Below the pieces are notes generated by a model. It was not told where the DNA came from, made no database searches, and saw only the letters and a program-made list of their open reading frames with translations. The position numbers and the translations under genes are program-made. Positions 53,005 through 62,963 of a DNA stretch of 64,000 nucleotides are shown one piece after another (the first letter of the stretch is position 1; each line of letters opens with the position of its first letter). The DNA comes from Candidatus Vogelbacteria bacterium RIFOXYD1_FULL_44_32 (GTDB lineage Bacteria; Patescibacteriota; Minisyncoccia; Phycocordibacterales; XYD1-FULL-46-19). The DNA is taken from assembly GCA_001823065.1 (NCBI GenBank), contig MHTJ01000003.1:253283-317282 (forward strand). Direction: 5' to 3'.

Positions 53005-54471
53005 CTAATTAAGGTCTTTCGGTCGCATTAAGGGGAAAATCTGCGTCTCACGAAGAGGTTTATCAAGCAAAATCGCTAATAAACGCTCCCCAAAACCATT
53101 ACCAAAGGCTGGGGGCATACCATGTTCCAACATTTCCACAAATTCCCAATCGGGCATCATGGCTTCTTTGTCCCCGCGGTCAATTAATTGTTGTTGAAGT
53201 TCAAACCGTGCCCGCTGGTCGAGTGGATTGTTAAGTTCCGAAAAACCATTGGTTGCTTCCGCCCCCGCCAAAATAAGCTGGACTCGGTTGGTCAGATCAG
53301 GATTGTCTATACGGGCCTTGGCTAAAGGCGAGACTAATTTAGGGTGTCCAACCAACCAAGCCGGCCCAGCAATCTGCTTGCGACAATATTTCCACAGAGT
53401 GTCGGTAAGACGCTCGCGATTGTCGCCGGTGTATTTAACCCCCAATTCATCTAGTTTATCTTTCATCTCCTCTTCACTGGCACTAAGCACATCAAGACCT
53501 GTCATTTCTTTAACTTTCGCCACATATTCAATTCGTGGCCATGCTCCGACGGGAAATTCAAAAGTAAAACCACGGGTAGAAAAAACTGTTTTACCAAAAA
53601 CATCACGAACCAAGCCGCGAATTAATTCTTCGGTTAATTTTATACCCCCCTCCAAATCCATATAAGCGGCATAAAACTCTAGATTAGTAAATTCTTGGGC
53701 ATGGTCAGGACTGGTGCCTTCATTGCGATAGACGCGCCCGATTTCAAAAGTCCGAGGTAAACCAGCCGCCAAAAGCTTTTTTTGCCACAACTCCCCCACT
53801 GAAATACGTAAATACACATCTAAATCATAATCATCGTGATGGGTTTTAAACGGATTCGCTTCAGCCCCGCCAGTGGTAATCTCCAGAGTCGGTGTTTCTA
53901 CTTCAATAAAACCAGCTTGAACCAAATAATTGCGCGTAAATTGCCAAAACTTGGCTTTGAGTTCGATCATTTCCCGCACCGCCGGATTCATTAAAATATC
54001 CAAATAGCGCTTGCGGAAACGCGCTTCTTCATCGGTTAAGCCGTGCCACTTTTCTGGTAGTGGCAACAAAGTTTTGGTCAGCATTTTCCAAGTTTTCACT
54101 TTCACGGTTTTTTCACCGCGATTGGTAACAAACAATAATCCAGATAATTCAACAAAGTCACCAATATCTACGGTGTCGGTAAACAAGTTAAAAACCGCTT
54201 CCTCCATCTCATCTTGTTTTAAAAGACCCTGGATCGTGGCGGTACCATCAAAAATATTGATAAAAACTATCGCCCCTTGGCCCCGAATCGCCATTACCCG
54301 GCCAGCCACAGTCACCGCTTCGCCAGCAGCGAGGCGGTCATCAAAATTGGCAAAAATAGTTTTTAAATCAGCGGTCCGCAAAGTGGCACCAGGATATGGG
54401 TCAATCCCAGTCTCTTTTAGTTTTCCTAACTTTTCCAGTCGCTCAGATTTTATTTCATCGAGAGATGCCAT
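53005..54471 (-). CDS. lysS: lysyl-tRNA synthetase (class II)
   Basis: 488 aa. N-terminal OB fold. Motif 2 FEIGRVYRNEG and motif 3 GFGERLLAILLDKPLRETQIFP. Confidence 0.93.
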   Translation of the reverse strand: MASLDEIKSERLEKLGKLKETGIDPYPGATLRTADLKTIFANFDDRLAAGEAVTVAGRVMAIRGQGAIVFINIFDGTATIQGLLKQDEMEEAVFNLFTDTVDIGDFVELSGLLFVTNRGEKTVKVKTWKMLTKTLLPLPEKWHGLTDEEARFRKRYLDILMNPAVREMIELKAKFWQFTRNYLVQAGFIEVETPTLEITTGGAEANPFKTHHDDYDLDVYLRISVGELWQKKLLAAGLPRTFEIGRVYRNEGTSPDHAQEFTNLEFYAAYMDLEGGIKLTEELIRGLVRDVFGKTVFSTRGFTFEFPVGAWPRIEYVAKVKEMTGLDVLSASEEEMKDKLDELGVKYTGDNRERLTDTLWKYCRKQIAGPAWLVGHPKLVSPLAKARIDNPDLTNRVQLILAGAEATNGFSELNNPLDQRARFELQQQLIDRGDKEAMMPDWEFVEMLEHGMPPAFGNGFGERLLAILLDKPLRETQIFPLMRPKDLN

Positions 54472-54499
54472 ATAAACAGAAAGGCTAATTGCCCTTCTT

Positions 54500-54970
54500 T
54501 TATTTTATATCAACAATCGAATATTGAACATCCCCTTTGGGGGTACTGACCAACACCTTGTCACTCTTTTTTTTATTGAGCAAGGCCGAGCCCAGTGGTG
54601 ACTGATGGGAAATTTTACCCATAGCGGCATTGGCTTCTTCCGAACCAACAATTTGATATTCTATTTTATCACCACCCGCTTTTTGAATTAAAACTTTTGA
54701 TCCAACTACCACTTTATCTTTAGTAGCGGAGCCAGAAATAATAACCGCATTTTTAAGCATCACTTCCAAATCGGCAATCCGATCCTCAATATCAGCTTGT
54801 TTATCACGCGCTTCGTGGTATTCGGCATTTTCTGACAGATCGCCAAGAGATTTGGCATATTCCAGTTGACCAGCAATGTTTTTCCGTTCCACCATTTTTA
54901 AATTTAAAAGTTCAGCCTCTAGTTCCTTTCTTTTTTGTTCACTTAAATATGCCGGGTCGATATTTGTCAT
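54500..54970 (-). CDS. greA: transcription elongation factor GreA
   Basis: 156 aa. N-terminal coiled coil (DLSENAEYHEARDKQ) and a C-terminal FKBP-like domain. Confidence 0.9.
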   Translation of the reverse strand: MTNIDPAYLSEQKRKELEAELLNLKMVERKNIAGQLEYAKSLGDLSENAEYHEARDKQADIEDRIADLEVMLKNAVIISGSATKDKVVVGSKVLIQKAGGDKIEYQIVGSEEANAAMGKISHQSPLGSALLNKKKSDKVLVSTPKGDVQYSIVDIK

Positions 54971-55187
54971 TGTAAATATAATATTGGCTTGATAATACCC
55001 GCCTGTCTAAAAAAGCACGAGTATTATAGCGTCCGGAGCTTCCAAATGCAAGTTGAAAATATTGCCCTACCAACATACCAATAACACGCAAACTCACTAT
55101 TAATATACAAATAAATTCAGCAAATGATACTAATTGGATGCATTATATTTGTTAAATTCGTATGTATTCGGATATTGGTATCGCCTA

Positions 55188-56864
55188 TTATTTTAGATAT
55201 TCTGGGGCATACACCACCATCCAATCTAATAATCGCCTCATCACCATCCCACCCCCAGCATTGGTCGAAAGTGGCCCATTTTCCATTACCACCACAAAAG
55301 AGTAACGCGGTTGGTCGTAAGGGAAAAAACCACTAATCCAAGCATTGATTCGGCTTTTACCCGCCCCCACTTGAGCCGTGCCCGACTTGGCTGCCACGGC
55401 TACCTGTGAAGTATTTAAGACAATGGCCGTACCATTGGTCACTGTCTGCCTCATCCCCTCTCTAATTACTTGAAAATCTTCGGACTTAATATTTATTTTT
55501 TGGGCCACACGGGATTCGGTTGGTCTAGCCCGCAAAGTGGGTTTAAACAATAGCCCATCACTGGCAATCACCGCCACGGCGCGGGCCACCTGTAGGGGTG
55601 TGACCAAATAGCCATATTGACCAATCGCGGTGTGATAGGTGTCGCCTAAACGCCACGGCTCACCATTAAAATTTAACTCTTTCCATTCGGGGTTGGGGAT
55701 AACTCCGGCCTCCTCGGCATTTAGTTCAATGCCCGTTTTTTGGCCAAAACCAAATAATCTTGAATATTTTTCAATTTTTTTAATTCCCAAACCCTTTTGA
55801 CCACCAAAACCACCACCAATAGTATAAAAATAAACATTAGAGGAAACGGCCAAGGCCCGTTTCATATCCACGGCCCCATGGGCCTTATTGTCTTTAAAAA
55901 TACTGGGGCTCTCCGGATGATAGGGATTGGGCACCACCAATTGGCCAGTCGAAACAATAGTTTTAGTCGGACTGATCAGATTTTCCGCCAGGGCCCCAAT
56001 CGCAATATAAAGCTTCATGGTTGAACCAGGGGCATAAAGACCAGACACCGGCCGATTTAAAAATAGGTTACGATTATCATTTAACTGCTGGCGAATGCCC
56101 GCTCCGTCACCGCTGGCCATAATATTAGAATCAAATTCGGGGTATGACACAAGGGCCAATACTTCACCCGTAGTGACATCCATAATAGCGGCCGCCCCAC
56201 CGCTAAAGCCATGTTCATCGGCTAAGTCCTTAATTATTTTATAGAGTTCAGCCTGGACTCGTGAGTCAATGGATATGGCCACACTTTCACCTGGTTTTGC
56301 AATTTTTAAAACATAATCTGACTCAATTTTTCCTAAAGCATTAATCTCTTCAATTTTTACCCCCTTGGCTCCCATTAAAATATCATTAAAAATATTTTCC
56401 ACTCCATTTTTACCAATATATTCTTTAGGATTGAAATCCTTATCTTTTAATTCTAATTCATTGGGAAAACCAATATAACCGAGAATCTGACTAAAACCAG
56501 CGGTCGGAATATATTCTCTCTTGGGGTCATTCCAAGCTAAAGGTACACCATTTCGATCATAGATTATCCCCCGATCGGCAAAAACCAGAGTTTGACGCAG
56601 GCGATTTTGATTACTGCGTTTGGCAAAAACTTCTCCCTCAACCACCTGCAGATATAAAAGTCGACCTAAAAAAAATAAGGCTAAAATAAAAAAAACGGCT
56701 AAAACAATAGTAATTGCCTTTTTACCAATTGGTTTTTCAATTACGCCCTCAAACTGTTGCGTATTAAATGATGGTAAATTACGGGAATCTAAAAAAATTT
56801 CATCCGGATCCAGAATTTGCCTCCGCCTGTAGCCTAACCACATCTTGCGCCATAAGTTCCACAT
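55188..56864 (-). CDS. mrdA: penicillin-binding protein 2 (elongasome transpeptidase)
   Basis: 558 aa. SxxK, SxN and KSGT (AAKSGTAQV). Lies downstream of mreBCD. Confidence 0.88.
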   Translation of the reverse strand: MWNLWRKMWLGYRRRQILDPDEIFLDSRNLPSFNTQQFEGVIEKPIGKKAITIVLAVFFILALFFLGRLLYLQVVEGEVFAKRSNQNRLRQTLVFADRGIIYDRNGVPLAWNDPKREYIPTAGFSQILGYIGFPNELELKDKDFNPKEYIGKNGVENIFNDILMGAKGVKIEEINALGKIESDYVLKIAKPGESVAISIDSRVQAELYKIIKDLADEHGFSGGAAAIMDVTTGEVLALVSYPEFDSNIMASGDGAGIRQQLNDNRNLFLNRPVSGLYAPGSTMKLYIAIGALAENLISPTKTIVSTGQLVVPNPYHPESPSIFKDNKAHGAVDMKRALAVSSNVYFYTIGGGFGGQKGLGIKKIEKYSRLFGFGQKTGIELNAEEAGVIPNPEWKELNFNGEPWRLGDTYHTAIGQYGYLVTPLQVARAVAVIASDGLLFKPTLRARPTESRVAQKINIKSEDFQVIREGMRQTVTNGTAIVLNTSQVAVAAKSGTAQVGAGKSRINAWISGFFPYDQPRYSFVVVMENGPLSTNAGGGMVMRRLLDWMVVYAPEYLK

Positions 56865-56876
56865 GGGCGGATTATA

Positions 56877-57164
56877 TCACGGTTGGAAGAAAAGACGGGA
56901 ATGAATCATTGTGCCAAATTTCATGGCAATGATTAGCAAAACTGTGCCTAGCCAGGCCCATGGGTGCCACCAAGGGCCAGCCGTAGCAGTAATAATTTGA
57001 TATAAAAAAAATAAAACTATTCCTTCCATATACCACGGGAAAATAACTACCCCCACTAAAGCCACCCCCCACAACCAAATTCCTGGCAAATAAAAAGCGG
57101 TCAGGAATAGCGTCAGACCTAAAATAATTCTAGCGCACAATAATAGCGGCGTATCGTAATTCAT
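56877..57164 (-). CDS. mreD: rod shape-determining protein MreD-like
   Basis: 95-aa polytopic membrane protein between mreC and mrdA. Confidence 0.6.
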   Translation of the reverse strand: MNYDTPLLLCARIILGLTLFLTAFYLPGIWLWGVALVGVVIFPWYMEGIVLFFLYQIITATAGPWWHPWAWLGTVLLIIAMKFGTMIHSRLFFQP

Positions 57165-57975
57165 ATATATTTACCGGCGGTTTAATATAAATTTTTTGAA
57201 AAGGGGTTTCCTCATTTTTTCTCACCGTTCCCACCACACCAAGAATATATTCTTGACCATTTTTTTCTGTGCGCACTAAATCATTGTGTAAGACGAGCGA
57301 CGCTGAGGGTAAATTTACTAGGTAATTACCACCACCTAAACCCTCGGCCAGAGCGGGAATATTTTTATTACCAATACGCACCGCTGTTTTGCGCCCCGCC
57401 GCCGAATAAAGTTTAGCTTTAGCTGTCTGGCTATAAACCGCAATAATCTCACCTAGGAGAATATTAGGGCCCGTAATTACCAATTGCCCCGGTTTGATTA
57501 GAGTTGAACTCCCTGTTTTACCCTGGTCGAGAAAAAAATTATCAAAGGAAAAGTAACCCGTCTTTAATATTATTTTACCCGCCACTAGTGAATTGTTTAT
57601 CTCTCCCGTCTGACCTAGTTCTTGTTCAAGAGTTTTTAGCGCTTCAATCCTAGCTTGAGCTGAAATGAGCTCGAGATTTAATAACTTAATTTCACGGCGT
57701 AATTTTTCATTTTCGCTGACAATAGCCGCCCGCCTAGTAAATGGCTGAAACTTCGCCTCAGGCCAGGCAAAAGTCGTCGCCGCCAGACCAATAGCTTGCG
57801 CCACTCTCCCCCCCACAGGACTTGAAATATTGAGCAATATCCCACCCCCAAGAATTAGAATCAAAATTAAAAAAAAATAACCAAAAGGGCCTCCGGTCTT
57901 AGGCCTAGGCCGGTTAGAAAATACCGTTTTCTTATCGAGGAGGTAATTCATCTTCATTGTCGAGGAGAATATCAC
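57130..57975 (-). CDS. mreC: rod shape-determining protein MreC
   Basis: 281 aa. TM helix, coiled coil (LELISAQARIEALKTLEQE) and a C-terminal beta domain. Confidence 0.85.
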   Translation of the reverse strand: MIFSSTMKMNYLLDKKTVFSNRPRPKTGGPFGYFFLILILILGGGILLNISSPVGGRVAQAIGLAATTFAWPEAKFQPFTRRAAIVSENEKLRREIKLLNLELISAQARIEALKTLEQELGQTGEINNSLVAGKIILKTGYFSFDNFFLDQGKTGSSTLIKPGQLVITGPNILLGEIIAVYSQTAKAKLYSAAGRKTAVRIGNKNIPALAEGLGGGNYLVNLPSASLVLHNDLVRTEKNGQEYILGVVGTVRKNEETPFQKIYIKPPVNIYELRYAAIIVR

Positions 57976-58984
57976 GATAATTGGCTAAATTTTCAAGCAC
58001 AATACCTGTCCCACGCACTACAGCAGTATAGGGCTCATCGACCAGGTGAATCGGTATTCGTATTTCCCTTTCCAGTAGGTCCTTCATCCCCAAAAGCTGG
58101 GCCGCCCCGCCGACCAAAACTATTCCCCGATGCATAATATCGGACACTACTTCCGGCGGTGTCGCTTCGAGCACTTCTTTTATTGCTTCGATCAATTGCA
58201 TTATTGAGTCTTGGATCGCTTCTCGAATATCTGAATCAGTAATAATCACTTCCCGCGGTAAACCAGTAACCAAATCCCGTCCGCGAATCGCCGCCTCTAA
58301 GGGTTCGGGCAATTTTTGGGCCGAACCAATGGCCACTTTTACTTCTTCGGCCGTGCGCTCGCCTAATAGAATTTTAAATTCATCGCGAACATAACTAATA
58401 ATATCTTGGTTCAATTTTTCGCCCGCAATATGTAGATTTTTAGCAATAACCACCCCACCCAAAGAAATAACGGCAATATCAGTCGTCCCCCCACCCATAT
58501 CAATAATCATATTACCAACCGGGTCATGCACTGGCAGACGAATCCCAATCGCGGCCGCCATCGGCTCTTCAATAATATGGACTTCCCCGGCCCCAGCATT
58601 TTTGACGGCATCTCTCACCGCTCGCCTTTCCACATTAGTAATACCGGAAGGAACACCAATCACCACCCGCGGGCGGAAAAATTTGCGAGGCATATTTAAA
58701 ATCGCTTTCCGCAAAAAATAAGCCAACATTTCTTCGGCCACTTCAAAATTAGAAATCACACCGTTTTCTAGGGGCCGAATCGCCGTAATATGAGCCGGGG
58801 TCCGACCAATCATTTGACTCGCATCTTCACCCACAGCCACCACCCGACCAGTTTTCTGATTGAGGGCCACAATCGATGGTTCAATCGCCACAATGCCACT
58901 ACCTCGCACATAAATTAAGGTGCTAGCGGTCCCTAGGTCAATGCCAATATCATTCGACATTATTTCGCGCAGACGATCGAGCAT
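57932..58984 (-). CDS. mreB: rod shape-determining protein MreB
   Basis: 350 aa. Actin-fold phosphate motifs GIDLGTASTLIYV and DMGGGTTDIAVIS. Confidence 0.93.
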   Translation of the reverse strand: MLDRLREIMSNDIGIDLGTASTLIYVRGSGIVAIEPSIVALNQKTGRVVAVGEDASQMIGRTPAHITAIRPLENGVISNFEVAEEMLAYFLRKAILNMPRKFFRPRVVIGVPSGITNVERRAVRDAVKNAGAGEVHIIEEPMAAAIGIRLPVHDPVGNMIIDMGGGTTDIAVISLGGVVIAKNLHIAGEKLNQDIISYVRDEFKILLGERTAEEVKVAIGSAQKLPEPLEAAIRGRDLVTGLPREVIITDSDIREAIQDSIMQLIEAIKEVLEATPPEVVSDIMHRGIVLVGGAAQLLGMKDLLEREIRIPIHLVDEPYTAVVRGTGIVLENLANYRDILLDNEDELPPR

Positions 58985-59000
58985 GGCAATTTAGCTTAAA

Positions 59001-60248
59001 TTATTTAATCAACGCTATTATTTCGGTCGCACCGGCAAAACTTGTTTCGCCACTTCGGCGGTTTTTAACTTCAAACTGACCACTCGCGATGGTTTTATCA
59101 CTGACAATTACCCGATAGGGTAACCCAAGTAAGTCGGCATCGGCTAATTTTTCCCCTGCCGATAGCCCCCGATCATCATATAAAACTTCCACACCTTGTT
59201 TCGTCAAATCTTCATACAAATTATCAGCGCCAGTTATCACAGCTGGTGTATTACCTAGCGCCACCAAGTGAATCTGAAACGGGGCAATCGCAAGTGGCCA
59301 AACCAAACCGCCATCGTCGGCATAAATTTCCACAATAGTGCCCATTAAGCGGGAAGGTCCAAGACCATAACAACCCATTATGACCGGCATAGACTTGCCA
59401 GCCTCATCTTGATAAACAAGTCCGAGCGCTTCCGAAAATTTAGTTCCCAGGTGAAAAATATTACCCACTTCAATTGATCTTTTTTCCACCAGCGATTTTC
59501 GGTCAAGCCCGAGCTCAGCCACTACTTCGTCGGACAAAACCTCTTTGTTTATTGCTACCTTTTTTTGCTCATCTAGATAAATTGTATCTTCGCCGGCTTC
59601 ACTCTCAGTCTGAAATTCTTCGGAAAATTTACTAAAAATACCGCCGGAAGCAAAAGTGATATGGGTCTCGTCCCCTAAACCAACTCGCTGGAAGATTTTG
59701 ACATAAGCGGAGCGGGCTTGGGCGTAAAAATTTTGGTGGTCAGCTTCGGTCGCCGAAAAAGAATACAAATCTTTCATTAAAAATTCCCGCCCGCGCATAA
59801 TACCGGCCTTGGCCCGCAATTCATTGCGAAACTTAGTTTGAAATTGATAAGCATAAACCGGTAGATCGCGATAAGACGAAATATGGTCTTTCATAATCTG
59901 AGTCAGTGGCTCTTCGTGAGTAATACCCAAGCCGACCTCCGAACCATTTTTTAGCTTCGTCTTAAACCAGTTATCGACTTTAATGTCATCCCAGCGATCA
60001 GTCTTTTCCCACAGCTCTTTGTCCTGCAAAGCGGTCAACATGATTTCTTGGCCACCAATAGCATTCACTTCCTCCCGAATAATATTTTTTATTTTTTCCA
60101 ATACCCGTAAGCCAAGTGGTAAAAAAGAATAAACCCCGGCCATTTCTTTGTGGATATAGCCAGCACGAATAAGTAGTTTGGCATTTTTGGCTACTTCGTC
60201 CGCCGGGTCCTCCCGCCTGGTTTTGGTAAAGAGTTTAGTTTGTCTCAT
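59001..60248 (-). CDS. proS: prolyl-tRNA synthetase lacking the large editing (INS) domain
   Basis: 415 aa. Class II motifs, bacterial-type N-terminus MRQTKLFTKTRREDPADEVAKNAKLLIRAGYI, and a C-terminal anticodon-binding domain. Confidence 0.88.
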   Translation of the reverse strand: MRQTKLFTKTRREDPADEVAKNAKLLIRAGYIHKEMAGVYSFLPLGLRVLEKIKNIIREEVNAIGGQEIMLTALQDKELWEKTDRWDDIKVDNWFKTKLKNGSEVGLGITHEEPLTQIMKDHISSYRDLPVYAYQFQTKFRNELRAKAGIMRGREFLMKDLYSFSATEADHQNFYAQARSAYVKIFQRVGLGDETHITFASGGIFSKFSEEFQTESEAGEDTIYLDEQKKVAINKEVLSDEVVAELGLDRKSLVEKRSIEVGNIFHLGTKFSEALGLVYQDEAGKSMPVIMGCYGLGPSRLMGTIVEIYADDGGLVWPLAIAPFQIHLVALGNTPAVITGADNLYEDLTKQGVEVLYDDRGLSAGEKLADADLLGLPYRVIVSDKTIASGQFEVKNRRSGETSFAGATEIIALIK

Positions 60249-60324
60249 AACTCTATCATAGACTAAAATACCGAGGGGGTCAAAATCATTTACAAATATT
60301 TATTTTATGTTATTATATAAAGTA

Positions 60325-60621
60325 GAGGAAGTGGGAATATCGGGATGACTTAGAGGAAGTCATTTAAGCTCCCCGTGCAAAGCCAGTGAAATTCTGGGGC
60401 AAAGTAATAGACGTCCGCGAGACTAGGCCAAACCGAGCGAGCTGGGCTAGACCCAGCTTTAAAGGTTGCTATTCCTTTCTGGCAATGGAAACATTGTTAT
60501 TTTGCTGAAAGGGTACCGGATGCAAGTACCCTGTCTATTACCAAGTCGGATTCCGTGATCCCGACGGTCTGGCACGGCCTTTAGCGGGCAGTTTGCGCAA
60601 GCAAACTGCCCGTCTTTTTTT
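60325..60621 (+). ncRNA. candidate structured non-coding RNA (about 295 nt) ending in a strong plus-strand intrinsic terminator (CGGGCAGTTTGC-GCAA-GCAAACTGCCCG + T7 at 60585-60621)
   Basis: No ORF of 60 aa or more. Hairpins GGGTACC...GTACCC, GTCGG...CCGAC and GGGCTAGACCCAGC. AT-rich promoter-like region at 60290-60320. The terminator's U-run is on the plus strand only. Confidence 0.4.
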
Positions 60622-61708
60622 AAAACAACCGCCAAATATCAAAGAAAGTTACCACCAGCATAAGACCGATGAGTAACAAAAAACCAACTAAATTGAAAAT
60701 ATTAGCAATTTTGGGCCGAATTGGTGAACCCTTGACCGCTTCAATTAAAAGGAAAAATAACCGCCCGCCGTCGAGGGCGGGAAAGGGCATTAAATTGATA
60801 ACAGCCAAATCCAGGGAAATAAAAGCGGCAAAAGTTAGCAGATAAACCCAGCCGAGGGAGCGGGCGTCCCCCACTAGACCAGCAATACCCACCGGCCCCA
60901 TCACCGTATCTTTAACACTGCCCCCCGCCCATAACCCTTGAACCATATCACCTAGCCCACTAAAAATCATTTTGGTCATTCCCCAAGTCTGGAAAAACCC
61001 CTTGCTGATAGCTTGTAGTGGTGGTAAGCGTAAGGTACCAATCCCACCCAGAGCAACCCCAATCGCTTTACCCTCTTCGATTAGGCCGGCTTCGGGAACT
61101 AATGATACTTGGCTTTTTTTATCACCGCGCTCATAGCCAATAGTGACTAGGTCAGGAGATTTTTTTATCACTTCTTGAAACCGCGCCACGGTCGGACGAT
61201 TTACATTTTGCCGACCAGAGGCAATATAAGTAATAACATCACCTGTTTTTAACCCCGCCTTGGCTGCGGGCGAACCAGCACTGACCTGAATAATAGCCGT
61301 CCGCACATCGGTCAATTGGACATCGGTCGCTTGGCTAGTGGCTAGTGGCAACCCCGACATAAAACCAATCGAAATAAACAACCACGCTAATAGCCAATTA
61401 AAAAAGACGCCCGCCACTAATATAGTCGCTTGTTGCCACTTCGGCCTAGCGGTCAGACTACGAGCGTGCTCTGGACCAGCTTCGGTATTGGCATCAGGGG
61501 TTTCACCAAAAATTTTTACGAAACCACCAAAAGGAATAAAATTGAGTGAATATTCAGTCTCTCCTAACCGGCGAGCATAAGCGCGGGGAGGAAAACCCAA
61601 ACCAAATTCATCGACGCGAACCCCAAAAAGCTTGGCCGCCAAAAAATGGCCGAGCTCATGGACAAATACCAAGACAGCAATAATAAAAATAAAAAGGACA
61701 ATAGTCAT
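60620..61708 (-). CDS. rseP: RIP metalloprotease RseP (site-2 protease)
   Basis: 362 aa. HExxH in TM1 (VFVHELGHFLAAK), a PDZ domain and the LDG motif (ALDGGRLFF). Confidence 0.9.
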   Translation of the reverse strand: MTIVLFIFIIAVLVFVHELGHFLAAKLFGVRVDEFGLGFPPRAYARRLGETEYSLNFIPFGGFVKIFGETPDANTEAGPEHARSLTARPKWQQATILVAGVFFNWLLAWLFISIGFMSGLPLATSQATDVQLTDVRTAIIQVSAGSPAAKAGLKTGDVITYIASGRQNVNRPTVARFQEVIKKSPDLVTIGYERGDKKSQVSLVPEAGLIEEGKAIGVALGGIGTLRLPPLQAISKGFFQTWGMTKMIFSGLGDMVQGLWAGGSVKDTVMGPVGIAGLVGDARSLGWVYLLTFAAFISLDLAVINLMPFPALDGGRLFFLLIEAVKGSPIRPKIANIFNLVGFLLLIGLMLVVTFFDIWRLF

Positions 61709-61730
61709 AAAATAGTGGTGACCAAATTAG

Positions 61731-62282
61731 TTATAAATTTATTTCTTTTTCCTTAGCCTCGGCCAGAGAAGTCAATTTGGCCGTCGAATTCTCCACTATC
61801 TTTTGCAAATCATCTTTAAATTGAAAACGATCATCTTCGCTTATTTCCTTATTTTTAGTCTTCTCCTCAATATCAATAATTATTTTTTCACGCTCTTTAC
61901 GAATAGAAACCTTACCCTCTTCGAGTTTTTCCTTAATCGCTTTGGCGAGCAGTAGACGCCGTTCACTAGTCAAATCAGGGAAAATTACCCTAATCCCCGT
62001 CGAGTCTGGGGCGGTGGACACTCCTAAATTGGCGGTCGCAATTGCTCCTTCAATATTTTTTACATGATTGCGGTCCCACGGCGTAATCCGTAAGGTTTTA
62101 GCATCTTCGGTCACAATTGTCGCAATATGTTTAATCGGCACCCGCGATCCAAAAGACTCGACCATTACTCCGTCTAATAAAAGGGGTGAGGCCTTACCGG
62201 TCCGGATCGAAGAAAATTCTTTTTTCAGCCAGTCTTCGATTTCAGCAGTGCGCAAATTAAATAGGGAAAAATTATAGCTCAT
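61731..62282 (-). CDS. frr: ribosome recycling factor
   Basis: 183 aa with RRF family similarity throughout. Confidence 0.93.
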   Translation of the reverse strand: MSYNFSLFNLRTAEIEDWLKKEFSSIRTGKASPLLLDGVMVESFGSRVPIKHIATIVTEDAKTLRITPWDRNHVKNIEGAIATANLGVSTAPDSTGIRVIFPDLTSERRLLLAKAIKEKLEEGKVSIRKEREKIIIDIEEKTKNKEISEDDRFQFKDDLQKIVENSTAKLTSLAEAKEKEINL

Positions 62283-62300
62283 AACTTAATTATATCATCA

Positions 62301-62957
62301 TCATTTGGTCTTGGAAAATTGAGGTAGAGCCACCGCTAGATATTCCAAAACCATTTTGGGGAGCAAGGCCCGGTCATAAATATAACGCCGAGCCTGAACT
62401 AAGGCCGAGAGACCAGAGCGATTGGCTTGGGCGACGATTGCTCTTTCAATATCATCAAGGAGACGCCCTAAAAATTCTTTGGATAATTGGTCTGCTTTGT
62501 GCCAGTCGGTGATTGTTTTTAGTCTTTGGGCTGGGCTTTGAATTAGAAATTCTGGCCAGCCAGTCGAGTCTAAAACCTCAGAGTCACTTACGAGTACGAG
62601 CTCACAACGAGAAAGAACTGTCGGTAAAAAAATCTTGGCCGAGCGCGCAATAATAAAAATATGCGCTTCCCCCGCCGGCTCTTCGAGCACCTTGAGCAAA
62701 GCATTTTGCGCTTCAGCGGAAGTCGAACCAATACTAATTAGGAAAAATTTCCGTCCGCCACCAAAAGCACGCGCATTGATCCGCTGTTTTAACTCTCGGC
62801 TGTCATCCACACCAAACAAGTCGTGGTCCGCCAAATAAAAATCAGGGTAACCAACTAATTCTAGACCTAAATTGGCAGTGATAGATTTTTTAATTAGCGC
62901 CACCGCCGCCTGTCGGTCACCAATGATCAGATATGAGTGATGGGCAAAAGAAATCAC
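62301..62957 (-). CDS. holB: DNA polymerase III delta-prime-like clamp-loader subunit (short form)
   Basis: 218 aa. AAA+ clamp-loader motifs NALLKVLEEP and LPTVLSRC. Confidence 0.7.
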   Translation of the reverse strand: MISFAHHSYLIIGDRQAAVALIKKSITANLGLELVGYPDFYLADHDLFGVDDSRELKQRINARAFGGGRKFFLISIGSTSAEAQNALLKVLEEPAGEAHIFIIARSAKIFLPTVLSRCELVLVSDSEVLDSTGWPEFLIQSPAQRLKTITDWHKADQLSKEFLGRLLDDIERAIVAQANRSGLSALVQARRYIYDRALLPKMVLEYLAVALPQFSKTK

Positions 62958-62963
62958 CGTCGG

